Below, one piece after another: positions 40,547 to 50,496 of a stretch of 64,000 bases of DNA; positions within the stretch are counted from its first letter, which is position 1; every line of letters starts with the position of its first letter. Location: positions 6,463-70,462 of IMG/VR virus record IMGVR_UViG_3300037010_000424; one strand, written 5' to 3'. Position numbers and translations under genes: made by a program. This DNA comes from a virus. Below the pieces are notes generated by a model. The model was given only the letters and a program-made list of their open reading frames with translations. It was not told the DNA's origin and did no database searches.

Positions 40547-41386
40547 TTAAATTGACATCAATAAGGGTTGTGCAATTCCGATGTTAATACCTTCGGTTAT
40601 GCTTGGATTAGGGTTAGCGTTAGCTGGATAAACGATTGAAATAAAGTTAGCTACTTGTGCACATTGTACTTCAGTGTATGTAGCTTGAACACCATTCACT
40701 AGCAACTGGGATTCTATATCAAAACCGTGTACTAGAGCTAACTCTGATATTGTTGCTGCATTAGCTGTACCGTACAGAAGTATACATGCGTCAATAATTC
40801 CGTTTAAATCAGCTTCACTTAGATGTATACTGGTGTCTATGGTGGTAGCAATGTGATTGCCTGACACTAGGTTTAAAGAAATATTTGACGAATCAATCAT
40901 ATTGGGGTTTTGTGTAGCAAGTGTTGGAACGTACACCTGCTGATTAACAACTTCGCCACCTTCCAATTTAAAAGTGCTATACCCAATGTGCATAGGTGGA
41001 AAATCTATTACCTTTAAATAGTACGCTATATATGGGTTTCCGCGTATAACCATTGGTACACGTATTCTATACTTCGCCATTTCAACTAAAGTTAAGTCGT
41101 TGTTAGCTGGCACAACTATCCATGGTAACTGGTTTTTTAAGGCTGAATCTGTACAGCTGTGCATTAAACCGCATACAAAATTGTCACCAGTTATAACAGC
41201 GTGACCACCGTTTCCTACAGCGAGATATTTTATTTCCGGATAACCCTCTGTCGGTGGTGCCGCATAATTTATACCAAATTTGTCATTTAGTGTGGTGCCT
41301 GCTTCTGGTGTAAACGGGAGTTTATATTTACTTGCTAATGTAGCGTATTGGTCGTAGATTGTTGTTACAGCGTTCGACTTTGACAT
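40547..41386 (-). CDS. Virion structural protein (gp127-like)
   Basis: TTLNDKF, YLAVGNGGH, YIAYYLK, ISELAL motifs; synteny. Confidence 0.75.
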   Translation of the reverse strand: MSKSNAVTTIYDQYATLASKYKLPFTPEAGTTLNDKFGINYAAPPTEGYPEIKYLAVGNGGHAVITGDNFVCGLMHSCTDSALKNQLPWIVVPANNDLTLVEMAKYRIRVPMVIRGNPYIAYYLKVIDFPPMHIGYSTFKLEGGEVVNQQVYVPTLATQNPNMIDSSNISLNLVSGNHIATTIDTSIHLSEADLNGIIDACILLYGTANAATISELALVHGFDIESQLLVNGVQATYTEVQCAQVANFISIVYPANANPNPSITEGINIGIAQPLLMSI

Positions 41387-41397
41387 ATCGCGGGTTC

Positions 41398-43530
41398 CTA
41401 TTCGGATTGAGTTGTAATTTGTGGACTGTTACCACCAATGTAAGATTGGTGGTGTCCCTTAAACTTGGAATTTAGTGAAACAAAACTTTCTATATTGGTA
41501 ACGTATTGTGCACCGGTAGCTTTTACTGTATAAACGATACCGCTATCTAATATGTTAGAAGAATCTTCAACATGTGTAAACCGTGGCATCACATCGACGG
41601 ATACGTCTATAGCCGTAGAGTTATTTATATCGACATACGATACTCGACAGTCAGGTAAGTTTGCTAGTAGAGGGGTGTTATAGTTAGTGGCTTCACCAGC
41701 TACAAATGTCACTGTGTAACTACATAGTTGACTAAGTATATCTAACATATTTGAATATGGTGATTGTAGCGTAGCTGTTTCAATTTCAATTGCCATAAAC
41801 TTATTTGAGACCTGTACAAGTAATTCCTTATATGTAAAATCGGTCCATGTACTTGTATTTAATTTAATGCGATTTAAAAAATCGGCATAAGTGGTCTCGA
41901 CACAAAATGTGCATTTAACATCATTATAAAAAGCCCAGATTAAAGATAATGCTTGGGACCTAGCTATGTAATCAGACTCTTGTGCCACCACAATTAAATG
42001 CAGGAATTTGTTAGCCACAACTTTATCCATGTGACTAGAAAATTCAGATAACGAATATTGCTTTTTAGCAACAATTTGATACTTGTTTATTGTGGAGTAT
42101 ACATCAAAGTCCCTGCCATATTGAAACTTATTCTCTAATAAGCCACGAATCCTAGATTCCGGAAAGTTAGGTTTAACCATGATATCCTTTACCCAAAACT
42201 CAGGGATGTTAACATTATCGTTTTTTGATAACATTGCATTTGCATACAGGTATAATACAGCAGCGTCTTTTGCAGTAAGTAGCATGTTGGTTATTCCAAC
42301 GTCAACTAAATCCACAGAAATCTTAAACTTAATATAATCAATACTAGTTAAATAAAACCAATTATTGACATGCTCTAGAGTTTTATTAACTAAATCCAAT
42401 GCAACGTTGTTTGCAACATTTCCTTCAATTACCCCAGTTAATATATCGTTTGATACAGAGCCATTAGAGCCCGTAATTAAAGCCTGGGTATCCAACTCTA
42501 TTACTTTTTTATTATCGACGCCTGTAGAGGCTAATAGGTTGATAAAATCACTTGGTGTTAGCTGAGTTACATTTCCATATTCTAATATGGTTTCACCGTA
42601 TGGAAATTTATAAACCCCAACATCTCCGAGTAGAGCATTTAATTTACCTTGTTCCAAATGTTTATGTGCTGTGGTAAAGTTTTTTCTTACAGTGAATGCA
42701 GATAGGTCTAAGTTAAATGGTTTAGCAAACCCTTCATTTAAAAAATCTAAAGCCTTAGTGGTTCCAGAATTAGCAATAATGTATTCGAGGTTTCTATATA
42801 GAAACAGGGCTTGTCCATACGGGATAATTCCTTTATGTTTAGATAAGTCAAAATACCCACTAAGGTAGTTCCAAACGTGCCACTCGTTTACATACGGGGT
42901 TTTACAATTCTCTAATCTAATGTTAACTATCTCCATTGGTAGTGACACAAATAAAATTCCAATTAGAGCGGCAGGGTACAGTTGGTCGGTTAGACTATAA
43001 TTGACGTTATCGAATCTATACACGAAACGGTTTATGTACTCTTGTACTTTTGGCATAACATTTGTTTCATTATAGTTTAATAGAGAACTGTTATAATGTA
43101 GGATTTGGTAATCGTCTGCTTCTATGGAAACCTCAACAGGTATGGGATCGATTATCCCACGTATTAAAATTTCATTGTCTGGGTATTTTAATAGTAAATT
43201 CTTAAATGTGTCACCAAGTGTACGTAACTCTGATAAAGTTTCAGGGTTAGTAAGTAACGACTGCACTGTGAACGGGATTATTTCATCGGTGTCCAATGAG
43301 TATACCACCATGTCAGTAGGGTCACTGTTATACACTTGTTGTCCAACGTAAGCTATACCTGCTAAGTTTAAGTAATATTTCCACCCTGTACGTTGTACTG
43401 TTACAACTTCGTTGTTTAGTTCTAAAATGGTGTTTAATGCTTTAGCGGTGTAATTAGATTTTACAATAAAACTATCCACCAATCGAATAATACCCGACAT
43501 ATAGTTAAAGTATTCAGTTGATACTAACAT
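41398..43530 (-). CDS. Virion structural/baseplate protein (gp128-like)
   Basis: WKYYLNLAG, YP..EILIRGI, RLENCKT, QALFLYRNL; divergent from the portal. Confidence 0.78.
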   Translation of the reverse strand: MLVSTEYFNYMSGIIRLVDSFIVKSNYTAKALNTILELNNEVVTVQRTGWKYYLNLAGIAYVGQQVYNSDPTDMVVYSLDTDEIIPFTVQSLLTNPETLSELRTLGDTFKNLLLKYPDNEILIRGIIDPIPVEVSIEADDYQILHYNSSLLNYNETNVMPKVQEYINRFVYRFDNVNYSLTDQLYPAALIGILFVSLPMEIVNIRLENCKTPYVNEWHVWNYLSGYFDLSKHKGIIPYGQALFLYRNLEYIIANSGTTKALDFLNEGFAKPFNLDLSAFTVRKNFTTAHKHLEQGKLNALLGDVGVYKFPYGETILEYGNVTQLTPSDFINLLASTGVDNKKVIELDTQALITGSNGSVSNDILTGVIEGNVANNVALDLVNKTLEHVNNWFYLTSIDYIKFKISVDLVDVGITNMLLTAKDAAVLYLYANAMLSKNDNVNIPEFWVKDIMVKPNFPESRIRGLLENKFQYGRDFDVYSTINKYQIVAKKQYSLSEFSSHMDKVVANKFLHLIVVAQESDYIARSQALSLIWAFYNDVKCTFCVETTYADFLNRIKLNTSTWTDFTYKELLVQVSNKFMAIEIETATLQSPYSNMLDILSQLCSYTVTFVAGEATNYNTPLLANLPDCRVSYVDINNSTAIDVSVDVMPRFTHVEDSSNILDSGIVYTVKATGAQYVTNIESFVSLNSKFKGHHQSYIGGNSPQITTQSE

Positions 43531-43566
43531 GGCTAACTCTTCTTAATTAAGTAAAGGAAAAAATAT

Positions 43567-46323
43567 ATGAAACCAACAACTGCGCTAGATAACACTGCTG
43601 CTACAAAAGATTCTTTAAATCGATTAAACAGAGTGGCGAAGCTTCCGATTACAGATATGGTAACTCCAACATTACGACAAAAAAGTAGTAATGTGAATAT
43701 GGTTCTCCCACATTTACGTAGTATGGTTGAACAACATGCTGAGCAAAATGCAGATTCAGAAAACATCTTCCACCTGTTACCAGATTTAGAAATTGCTAAG
43801 CAAACATTAATCGACAACATTTTATCTCCAACTGATTTACAGGAGGGTAACCTTAGTATCGGTTTACATAAAGAAGCCCCTGCTGAAATGAATGAAATGA
43901 TTAGAGTGCATTTTAGTTCTGATGGAGGATACAACTACAACAAGAAACAACCAGTTTTTATTGAACAGTCTTTAGTGACCATCGGAAGTGTCGCACTACT
44001 TCCAGTCCCACCTAGTGCAGTACGTAAAGTGATACACGATAACACGTACGGGTTAGAAAGTGTAGATGGAACGTTCAAATTTAATAAAGGCGTTTACAAC
44101 TGTATACCACTAGGTACACTGGCTAACATTAAACCGAATCAAACAGCAGCACAAGCGTTATATTCTACGACATCAGAAAAGATTAAGTCTTATTCATTAG
44201 AAGGTGCCTTAGATGACACCGCTACAGCTCTTATAAAAGGCGTGGGTGCAGAAGAAGTAGTAAATAATACAACTGCTACCGAACTACTTAAAAGCTATAA
44301 AGGAATTAAAGATGAAATAACCAAAGCAAATGCAGACCAAACCTTAGTTGAACTCACGGATAATCCAGCGTACATTTTCCACGGCATGATTTCTAAATCC
44401 GTTAAAGACTATAACATTAAGACAAAGTTAGCTTTGGGCTGGGGTATGGAATCGGTAAATGATAAAAATAATCCACTAGCAGAATACCGCGATAGAAGTG
44501 TCAGTATGTTACCGTATCTGGAACTACTGTTTAATAAAGATAAAATTGACACATTAGACCCAATCGTAATACACTGGCCATCAGAATCAGTTATCCCTAT
44601 ATTAAACCCAACAACAAGAGAACACATTGCGTATTATTTAGTTGCGGATTTAGACGGGCAACCTTTACGGTGTGGTAATTATCAGAATCGTTACCGTCAA
44701 TTAAGTGACAAATTGGATAATACTGTCCACGACCAGGCTATGACAGTTAACTATACGTTTGGTGTATCGTATCCGGGCTCAAACACAGTCGCTATGAACG
44801 AAAGAAGTAATTCAGCAATTCTACTTTCAGCTTATCAAGAACGCTTTGAGCGTGAGTTAAAAGAAGTTATTGCGAATGGTGACCTAGGTGTGGAAGTAGA
44901 CATCGCTAAAGTTCCAGACATTTATAGAATGATGTTTACTCGACAATTGGAAAAGCAAGCCACACGTGTAATTTACGTTCCGGCTGACAGATTGTCATAT
45001 ATGGCGTACAACTATTCGCCTGAAGGAATTGGTGTTTCTCTAGTTGAAAAAACTAAGTTGTATTCGTCATTTAGAGCAGTTTTAATATTTGCGCAGTTAA
45101 TGGCAGCAGTTAAATCTTCAATTAACCGAAGTCACTTAACTATCACTTTGGACGATAAAGAAATTGATCCACGCGGTACGGTCGAGATGGTTAGAAACGA
45201 AATGGCTAACCTACAGGCAGACGGGTTTCCTGTGTATAAGTTTCAATCACAAGATATTATCGACAGCATACTCAAAGCAGGTATGCAAACCACAGTCAAT
45301 GGTGCGCAGTACCCAAATACCAGTGTTGAATTAGTTGAGAGTAAACGTGACGTGTCTGCTCCCGCCACAGACCTCCAAGATATGCTTAAAGAAATGCAAT
45401 ATCAGGGTTGGGGGTTATCGTTAGACTTATTAGAAAAAGCTAATCAGATTGACTTCATGGGGCAAATTGACAATATCAATCTGCTACAGTCAAAACGGAT
45501 GTTGGGTAAACAAGCTATAACCTGTGAGCGTGGTGCTAACTTCATTAAAACATATTTACGTTGTGGTGGTAAATTTTATAATGAGTTAAATGCTATTCGT
45601 GAATCCAACAAGTGTAATCTCACTATGGAAGAAATAATCGACAGCCTTACGTTAATTTTACCTAAAGCAGATTATGCTCAGCATAAAGCACAAGCTACAG
45701 CGTTTACAGATTACACTACGTTTATAACTGACGTAATGGATGCAGTAGTTTCTGATTCTGAATTAGGTAGCCTTTTAAAAGGTGAGAATGTTTCAGGCGA
45801 TATAGCTGGAGTCAAGACTATCTTGATAAATGAACTAAGAAGAAGATATTTAAAATCAAGAAACATATTACCAGAGTTGTTTGAATTAGTAAGTGATCCA
45901 GAGAAAACACTAAAAGGTATTCTTGAAGAGCATGTTAAAACTAATGTCTCTATAGTTGGTGATTTGGCAAATATGGTAGCAAAGGAAGAAAAGAAAGCAG
46001 ATGATAAAATACAATTGGCGGCAGACAAACTAAACCCCCCGCCACCAGAAGATGACGCAAGTGACGATGGTGTTATAGATGGTGACGCTGGTGATGAAGG
46101 TGGTTCTTCTGACGGCGATGTTAATGACATGGCTGGAGACGATGCGGAACTGGATGTAGATGGCGCAGGTGACGATATGTCAGTAGATGAAACGGATTCT
46201 GCGGATGACACAGATACACCAGATACCGCTTCTTCTGAAGAAGATAATCCAGATGATGAAACTGAAGAGGGTGATGAAGACAAGGTAGTTAAAGACGATG
46301 ACGATGATACAAAAGACAAATAA
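43567..46323 (+). CDS. Portal protein (phiKZ gp129-like)
   Basis: 918 aa; LLPDLE...ILSP, PSESVIP, YMAYNY...GIGVSL; long acidic tail; synteny. Confidence 0.82.
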   Translation: MKPTTALDNTAATKDSLNRLNRVAKLPITDMVTPTLRQKSSNVNMVLPHLRSMVEQHAEQNADSENIFHLLPDLEIAKQTLIDNILSPTDLQEGNLSIGLHKEAPAEMNEMIRVHFSSDGGYNYNKKQPVFIEQSLVTIGSVALLPVPPSAVRKVIHDNTYGLESVDGTFKFNKGVYNCIPLGTLANIKPNQTAAQALYSTTSEKIKSYSLEGALDDTATALIKGVGAEEVVNNTTATELLKSYKGIKDEITKANADQTLVELTDNPAYIFHGMISKSVKDYNIKTKLALGWGMESVNDKNNPLAEYRDRSVSMLPYLELLFNKDKIDTLDPIVIHWPSESVIPILNPTTREHIAYYLVADLDGQPLRCGNYQNRYRQLSDKLDNTVHDQAMTVNYTFGVSYPGSNTVAMNERSNSAILLSAYQERFERELKEVIANGDLGVEVDIAKVPDIYRMMFTRQLEKQATRVIYVPADRLSYMAYNYSPEGIGVSLVEKTKLYSSFRAVLIFAQLMAAVKSSINRSHLTITLDDKEIDPRGTVEMVRNEMANLQADGFPVYKFQSQDIIDSILKAGMQTTVNGAQYPNTSVELVESKRDVSAPATDLQDMLKEMQYQGWGLSLDLLEKANQIDFMGQIDNINLLQSKRMLGKQAITCERGANFIKTYLRCGGKFYNELNAIRESNKCNLTMEEIIDSLTLILPKADYAQHKAQATAFTDYTTFITDVMDAVVSDSELGSLLKGENVSGDIAGVKTILINELRRRYLKSRNILPELFELVSDPEKTLKGILEEHVKTNVSIVGDLANMVAKEEKKADDKIQLAADKLNPPPPEDDASDDGVIDGDAGDEGGSSDGDVNDMAGDDAELDVDGAGDDMSVDETDSADDTDTPDTASSEEDNPDDETEEGDEDKVVKDDDDDTKDK

Positions 46324-46342
46324 CCGAATACAAACTTAAACA

Positions 46343-46352
46343 TATATTATCT
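46343..46352 (+). promoter_or_regulatory. Early-type promoter TATATTATCT followed directly by a 16-bp GAAA-loop hairpin (46352-46387)
   Basis: Recurring motif, then TGATAGAACCATGTAA-gaaa-TTACATGGTTCTATCA. Confidence 0.68.
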
Positions 46353-46410
46353 GATAGAACCATGTAAGAAATTACATGGTTCTATCATTTACTGTTACAT
46401 TGGAGATAAC

Positions 46411-46836
46411 GTGGAAGAAAACGAATTTAAGTTTAAAAAGCTAGTTGTTGGTTCAGCTATAACCACCCAGCTAAATTTAAAAACAAAACCAAGAACCGGC
46501 ATTGACGAAGTGCCAATTGTAATAAACCAATGTATGCCAGTAGGTGCTTTACCAATCGCATACCCCATACGGATGTTTGCCACTGAAGAAGATGTCTGTG
46601 GGATACTTACTGGTGATGTAGGTAACTGTATTGTCATTTGGTCAACTGGCACTGTAAAGTGTGTTGCACGGCGTAATCACACAGACGTCACAATTCAGCC
46701 TCGCTATATTTGGACTGCACAGCTAGATAGAGAAAGTGTTGTTAAACTTGAAAACTATTTGCATCAAGTCGAAAGGATTATGACAGAGTGTTTACAAGAA
46801 TTAACATCTACAGAAACAATCACTTACTCAGTTTAA
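46411..46836 (+). CDS. Hypothetical protein
   Basis: 141 aa, GGAG plus GTG start. Confidence 0.65.
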   Translation: MEENEFKFKKLVVGSAITTQLNLKTKPRTGIDEVPIVINQCMPVGALPIAYPIRMFATEEDVCGILTGDVGNCIVIWSTGTVKCVARRNHTDVTIQPRYIWTAQLDRESVVKLENYLHQVERIMTECLQELTSTETITYSV

Positions 46837-46864
46837 TTACACTAGCCCTATAATAGGAATCATA

Positions 46865-47464
46865 ATGAAAACAACACTATTAATTTTATTAACCCTTTTA
46901 TCAACCTGTGTAGCGGAATTTAGTTACGGTAAATCTATTAAGTCCCCCGTAACAGAAACATACAAAACGGTTATTGCAAATAAGCAATATGATAACGACT
47001 TTAAGAAACATGGTAACCCGAATCACTATGCAAATGCCAAATTGTTAAAGTCGGTTTGTGGAGTCGAATCAAAATTCGATCTGAAAGCAAAGTCTAAAAA
47101 AGGTGCTAGTGGCATCTGCCAAATCATGCCTAAAACTTGGAAGTATATCGCAGGTAAAAATAAAACAATACCGGTGAAAGACACAAGTGTGCCAAGTCAA
47201 TCAATTGAAGTGGCATCGTTGATAATAGATGATGCTGCGATAACATGGAACAAACTGCCAAAAGGAAAAAACAAAACGTCTATGGTTTTAGCATCATATA
47301 ACGCTGGTCCAACTAATATTAAGAAAGCGTCTAAACGATGCAATAGTACGAACTTTGCAGTTCTACAAAAATGTTTAGCAAAAGTGACATCTAAGTCACA
47401 TGCAAAAGAAACCATCAACTATGTAGTCTCTGTACAAGAGCTATATAAAAAACTACCGATGTAA
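46865..47464 (+). CDS. Lytic transglycosylase (SLT, MltF-like) with an N-terminal signal
   Basis: Catalytic VES, GASGICQIMPKTW, LASYNAG, KETINYV; hydrophobic N-terminus. Confidence 0.9.
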   Translation: MKTTLLILLTLLSTCVAEFSYGKSIKSPVTETYKTVIANKQYDNDFKKHGNPNHYANAKLLKSVCGVESKFDLKAKSKKGASGICQIMPKTWKYIAGKNKTIPVKDTSVPSQSIEVASLIIDDAAITWNKLPKGKNKTSMVLASYNAGPTNIKKASKRCNSTNFAVLQKCLAKVTSKSHAKETINYVVSVQELYKKLPM

Positions 47465-47477
47465 ATAGGAGAAAGAT

Positions 47478-47903
47478 ATGAAAAAGCCAAGTCGTAATGG
47501 GATGGATAATTTAATTGGTAGAATAGTACGTTATAAAGATATAGCTAATCGCCATCAGCTATCTGAACCAATGTGGGTGCTAGCTTGGTACATCGATAAC
47601 TGTGTGAAACTGATTCTGGTTGATAAAAATAATGACACCTATGAAAAAGATTTATCGGCATGTATATTCGAGTCATTGCTTTTACCTAAAAAACCAGATG
47701 ATAACACTGTGCATCATGCAGGTCTAAACTCTTTGATTGGTAAAAGGGTTTCCCATCCAAGTCCATCGGGTCCAACCGTAGAGTCCACAGTGTTTGATTG
47801 GAGTTCACACCCTGATATTGGTCCGTCTTTAATTCTATATAATGAACATGGGTTTTTAAAGTATCCGGTCAGTGTATGTGACTGTAAAATCGTAGACGAA
47901 TAA
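47478..47903 (+). CDS. Hypothetical protein with an internal duplication
   Basis: Two related halves: GMDNLIGRIV...W...LIL...C and GLNSLIGKRV...W...LIL...C. Confidence 0.65.
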   Translation: MKKPSRNGMDNLIGRIVRYKDIANRHQLSEPMWVLAWYIDNCVKLILVDKNNDTYEKDLSACIFESLLLPKKPDDNTVHHAGLNSLIGKRVSHPSPSGPTVESTVFDWSSHPDIGPSLILYNEHGFLKYPVSVCDCKIVDE

Positions 47904-47908
47904 AACCT

Positions 47909-47940
47909 TGTGATAGGGAGCATTAATGCTCCCTATCACA
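47909..47940. terminator. 32-bp perfect palindrome between convergent genes
   Basis: TGTGATAGGGAGCATT|AATGCTCCCTATCACA then a T run. Confidence 0.85.
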
Positions 47941-47959
47941 TACGTCTTTTTTTTACAGT

Positions 47960-48433
47960 TTAGATTATTGGGATTGGTAAGTCGGCTAATGCAGAAGTAA
48001 TGTCCGGGTATGATAACTCCTTCTCTTTAATTTTATAAGCACGTATATTACAATCGATTACCCACTTATTTACAACTATAGCTTCATCTTGATATTCGTT
48101 ACTAAACATCGCTAATGTACTAACTTCATTAACATCTTTAAATTTAAAATGGTCGTTTGTAACCGTTTTGGTAACGAACGTTTCAATTTCCATTGCTAAC
48201 GTTAAATGTAAACGATTGTTTTCCGATGTAAAAGGTTTACCATCGGTACCAACTTCTAACGTCCTACCTGCACTCAATTCATTTCGTATAGTTAAATATT
48301 CGTCAGTTGTGATTGCGACTGAGTCTTCAGGAAACGATTTGTGAATTTTAGAACTGTAGAACCCGAATGTGGTTTTAGAAAAGAATAACTCCTCCCCAAT
48401 ATCACCCAATAATTTATCTTTTACTACACTCAT
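47960..48433 (-). CDS. Tail fibre assembly chaperone (Tfa-like)
   Basis: FFSKTTFGFY...FPEDSVAIT..EY..I......G..L....DGKP; ATG 48433 overlaps the fibre stop. Confidence 0.75.
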   Translation of the reverse strand: MSVVKDKLLGDIGEELFFSKTTFGFYSSKIHKSFPEDSVAITTDEYLTIRNELSAGRTLEVGTDGKPFTSENNRLHLTLAMEIETFVTKTVTNDHFKFKDVNEVSTLAMFSNEYQDEAIVVNKWVIDCNIRAYKIKEKELSYPDITSALADLPIPII

Positions 48434-49749
48434 ACCACTCTCCCCATTGCAAACAGCCAGCCTGCCAAACTCTGTGTACCCGTGGTTGCAATATAGCATC
48501 CTGAATTAGGGTATGGAAAATTAAACTGATCGACACCAATTTGTGAATCTGCGTTACTGACAACTCCAGCGTTACACCACAGTACCGGTGGTGAAACAAA
48601 TGCTAAATTAAACCACACGGTAACCTGGCCGTCCAAATACGAGATGTTTGGGGTTATAAGCCACTGTATACACCACCCACCATACAGGTATTTAACTCCA
48701 CCATTTGGTAAATCGGCAGCGTCAAAAGCATAATGGATTTCACTTCTGATAGTATTGTCCCGATTGACTAAATCGTTATATAGGCTGGTATCCCTATCAA
48801 ATAGAATATTATACAAACTTGTGGCTCTGCTGTAATTGGCATTATAGTTATCGGTTATGTTTGTGTTAAGTGTGGTTACGGCTGTATCGATTCTTGTGTT
48901 AAGTGTGGCTACAGCATTGTTTATCTTACTAAATAACGTATCATAATTGGTGGAGATGAGAGTGTTAATTGGAGCTATAAGTCTGTTAAATGCAGCTGTT
49001 GCATTTTGTACAATACTTAAAGAAGTCCATGCTCTAGGTGTAGTGTCAGTGCCGGCTTCTGCCACAGCTTGATTAGGTACACTAGATTTTAACACATACC
49101 CACTTAAATCCGGTGGTGTGTAGTCAAGGGTTAAAGAATCCAATTTACCTTGAATAAACCCTAAGTCTCCAGCAACAGAATCGATTCTATCTATTAGGTC
49201 GTTAAATATAACCGTTGGGGAAAGTGTAGTTCGAGAAACTGTACCGAGTAATCTACTCAATAAAAAGATAGTTCTTCCGTTATTAAAGATATCTGGACGA
49301 ACCGTGTCTGCACTTACAACATAATCACCCTGTACTAATTTCCACGAATTAAAGTCTAATCTATCAAAACTACCTAAGTCAATAATTTGCTGTAAAAGGA
49401 TAGCGTCATTTTCACACCCTACAGCCTGATAATTAATTGTAGCACTAGTCCATAGACTAACATCTTTTAAAAGGATGTAGCTATATACAATCGCCCCAAT
49501 GACATCAATTTGTTTACTGTATGGTGGGGACCACTCAAAGTCTATATTCGGAACCAATTGGACCGTTACATTGTCAGACAACCGTACAGCGGTTACAGTG
49601 AATCCGTTTTGATAAAATGCACCTTGTTTTGGAAAAATAGCACATTGTGTTATTGGAAACACAACTTCATTTTTAATATTATTCCCTATTAACGTACCAC
49701 TAGGGTCATAGACCACAGTAATCGCATTGGGTATTGGTGGTGTAGGCAT
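48430..49749 (-). CDS. Tail fibre protein
   Basis: Jumbo-phage fibre N-domain YDPSG...NE...P..GAFY, 11-residue coiled-coil repeats, C-terminal GGWCIQW tip domain. Confidence 0.8.
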   Translation of the reverse strand: MPTPPIPNAITVVYDPSGTLIGNNIKNEVVFPITQCAIFPKQGAFYQNGFTVTAVRLSDNVTVQLVPNIDFEWSPPYSKQIDVIGAIVYSYILLKDVSLWTSATINYQAVGCENDAILLQQIIDLGSFDRLDFNSWKLVQGDYVVSADTVRPDIFNNGRTIFLLSRLLGTVSRTTLSPTVIFNDLIDRIDSVAGDLGFIQGKLDSLTLDYTPPDLSGYVLKSSVPNQAVAEAGTDTTPRAWTSLSIVQNATAAFNRLIAPINTLISTNYDTLFSKINNAVATLNTRIDTAVTTLNTNITDNYNANYSRATSLYNILFDRDTSLYNDLVNRDNTIRSEIHYAFDAADLPNGGVKYLYGGWCIQWLITPNISYLDGQVTVWFNLAFVSPPVLWCNAGVVSNADSQIGVDQFNFPYPNSGCYIATTGTQSLAGWLFAMGRVV

Positions 49750-49817
49750 CTAAGGCTCCTAGGGTTAAGTTATGTAACACATGATAACCTTGTAATAACT
49801 CAATTTCTTTTCATTTA

Positions 49818-49827
49818 TATATCATCT
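49818..49827 (+). promoter_or_regulatory. Early-type promoter TATATCATCT with leader hairpin at 49860-49878
   Basis: Recurring motif. Confidence 0.7.
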
Positions 49828-49897
49828 ATTGGAGTTAACACATTAGTTTAATTTATCTTGCTATTAGATTGTAATAGCTAATTACTTGGGGAATGAA

Positions 49898-50431
49898 ATG
49901 AACTACGTTAAGTTATTAAAAGAGTCGTTTGTTGCTGTGTTAAATACATACAAGTGGGTGATGGATATTCAAGTGAATAGATTTACGACTTTTAAACCAT
50001 TCACTGACTGGAATGGAATTCCAGTTATAAAGAGCACACACCTGATGCGATTACGATTAGGTGATTACCATTCGCCTATGAACAACGCCTGTGCATCAGC
50101 AGGTGAAAACATCATAGTTATCCCAGACCATTGGGATGAATTACCAGAAGAGTTTAAACTCTTCATGTTATACCACGAGGAAGGACATATTCGAGGTAAA
50201 CACTTCTTGACTACACCAACTGAAAACGCTGGTAAGGCGCGTTCAAAGTTTATTAAATGTGGGTTAGTTATGCCAGAGGAATTAGAAGCTGACAAATTCG
50301 CTTTTGATAACTTAGGATTAGACATTAGTGTATCAGCATTACAAGTTTGTAAAACTCTAGTAGCAAATGATGCACGTGGTAGAATCCATAGTGAAATCGA
50401 TATGCGTATTGAAAAACTACGTAGTTACTAA
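49898..50431 (+). CDS. Zincin-like metallopeptidase (M48/M56-like)
   Basis: FMLYHEEGH, then EELEADKFA and a C-terminal RI..L. Confidence 0.78.
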   Translation: MNYVKLLKESFVAVLNTYKWVMDIQVNRFTTFKPFTDWNGIPVIKSTHLMRLRLGDYHSPMNNACASAGENIIVIPDHWDELPEEFKLFMLYHEEGHIRGKHFLTTPTENAGKARSKFIKCGLVMPEELEADKFAFDNLGLDISVSALQVCKTLVANDARGRIHSEIDMRIEKLRSY

Positions 50432-50442
50432 AACGTTAAGTT

Positions 50443-50474
50443 ATCTAATTCCCCCGAATTCGGGGGAATTAGAT
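50443..50474. terminator. 32-bp perfect palindrome between convergent genes
   Basis: ATCTAATTCCCCCGAA|TTCGGGGGAATTAGAT. Confidence 0.85.
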
Positions 50475-50496
50475 TTCTCTTCCAATCGTTTTTTTT

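Noticed and set aside
45711-46343. Ser-rich 210-aa minus-strand ORF, and similar antisense ORFs at 22211, 33006, 3137 and 11554
   Set aside because: Shadow frames of acidic or strongly codon-biased plus-strand genes
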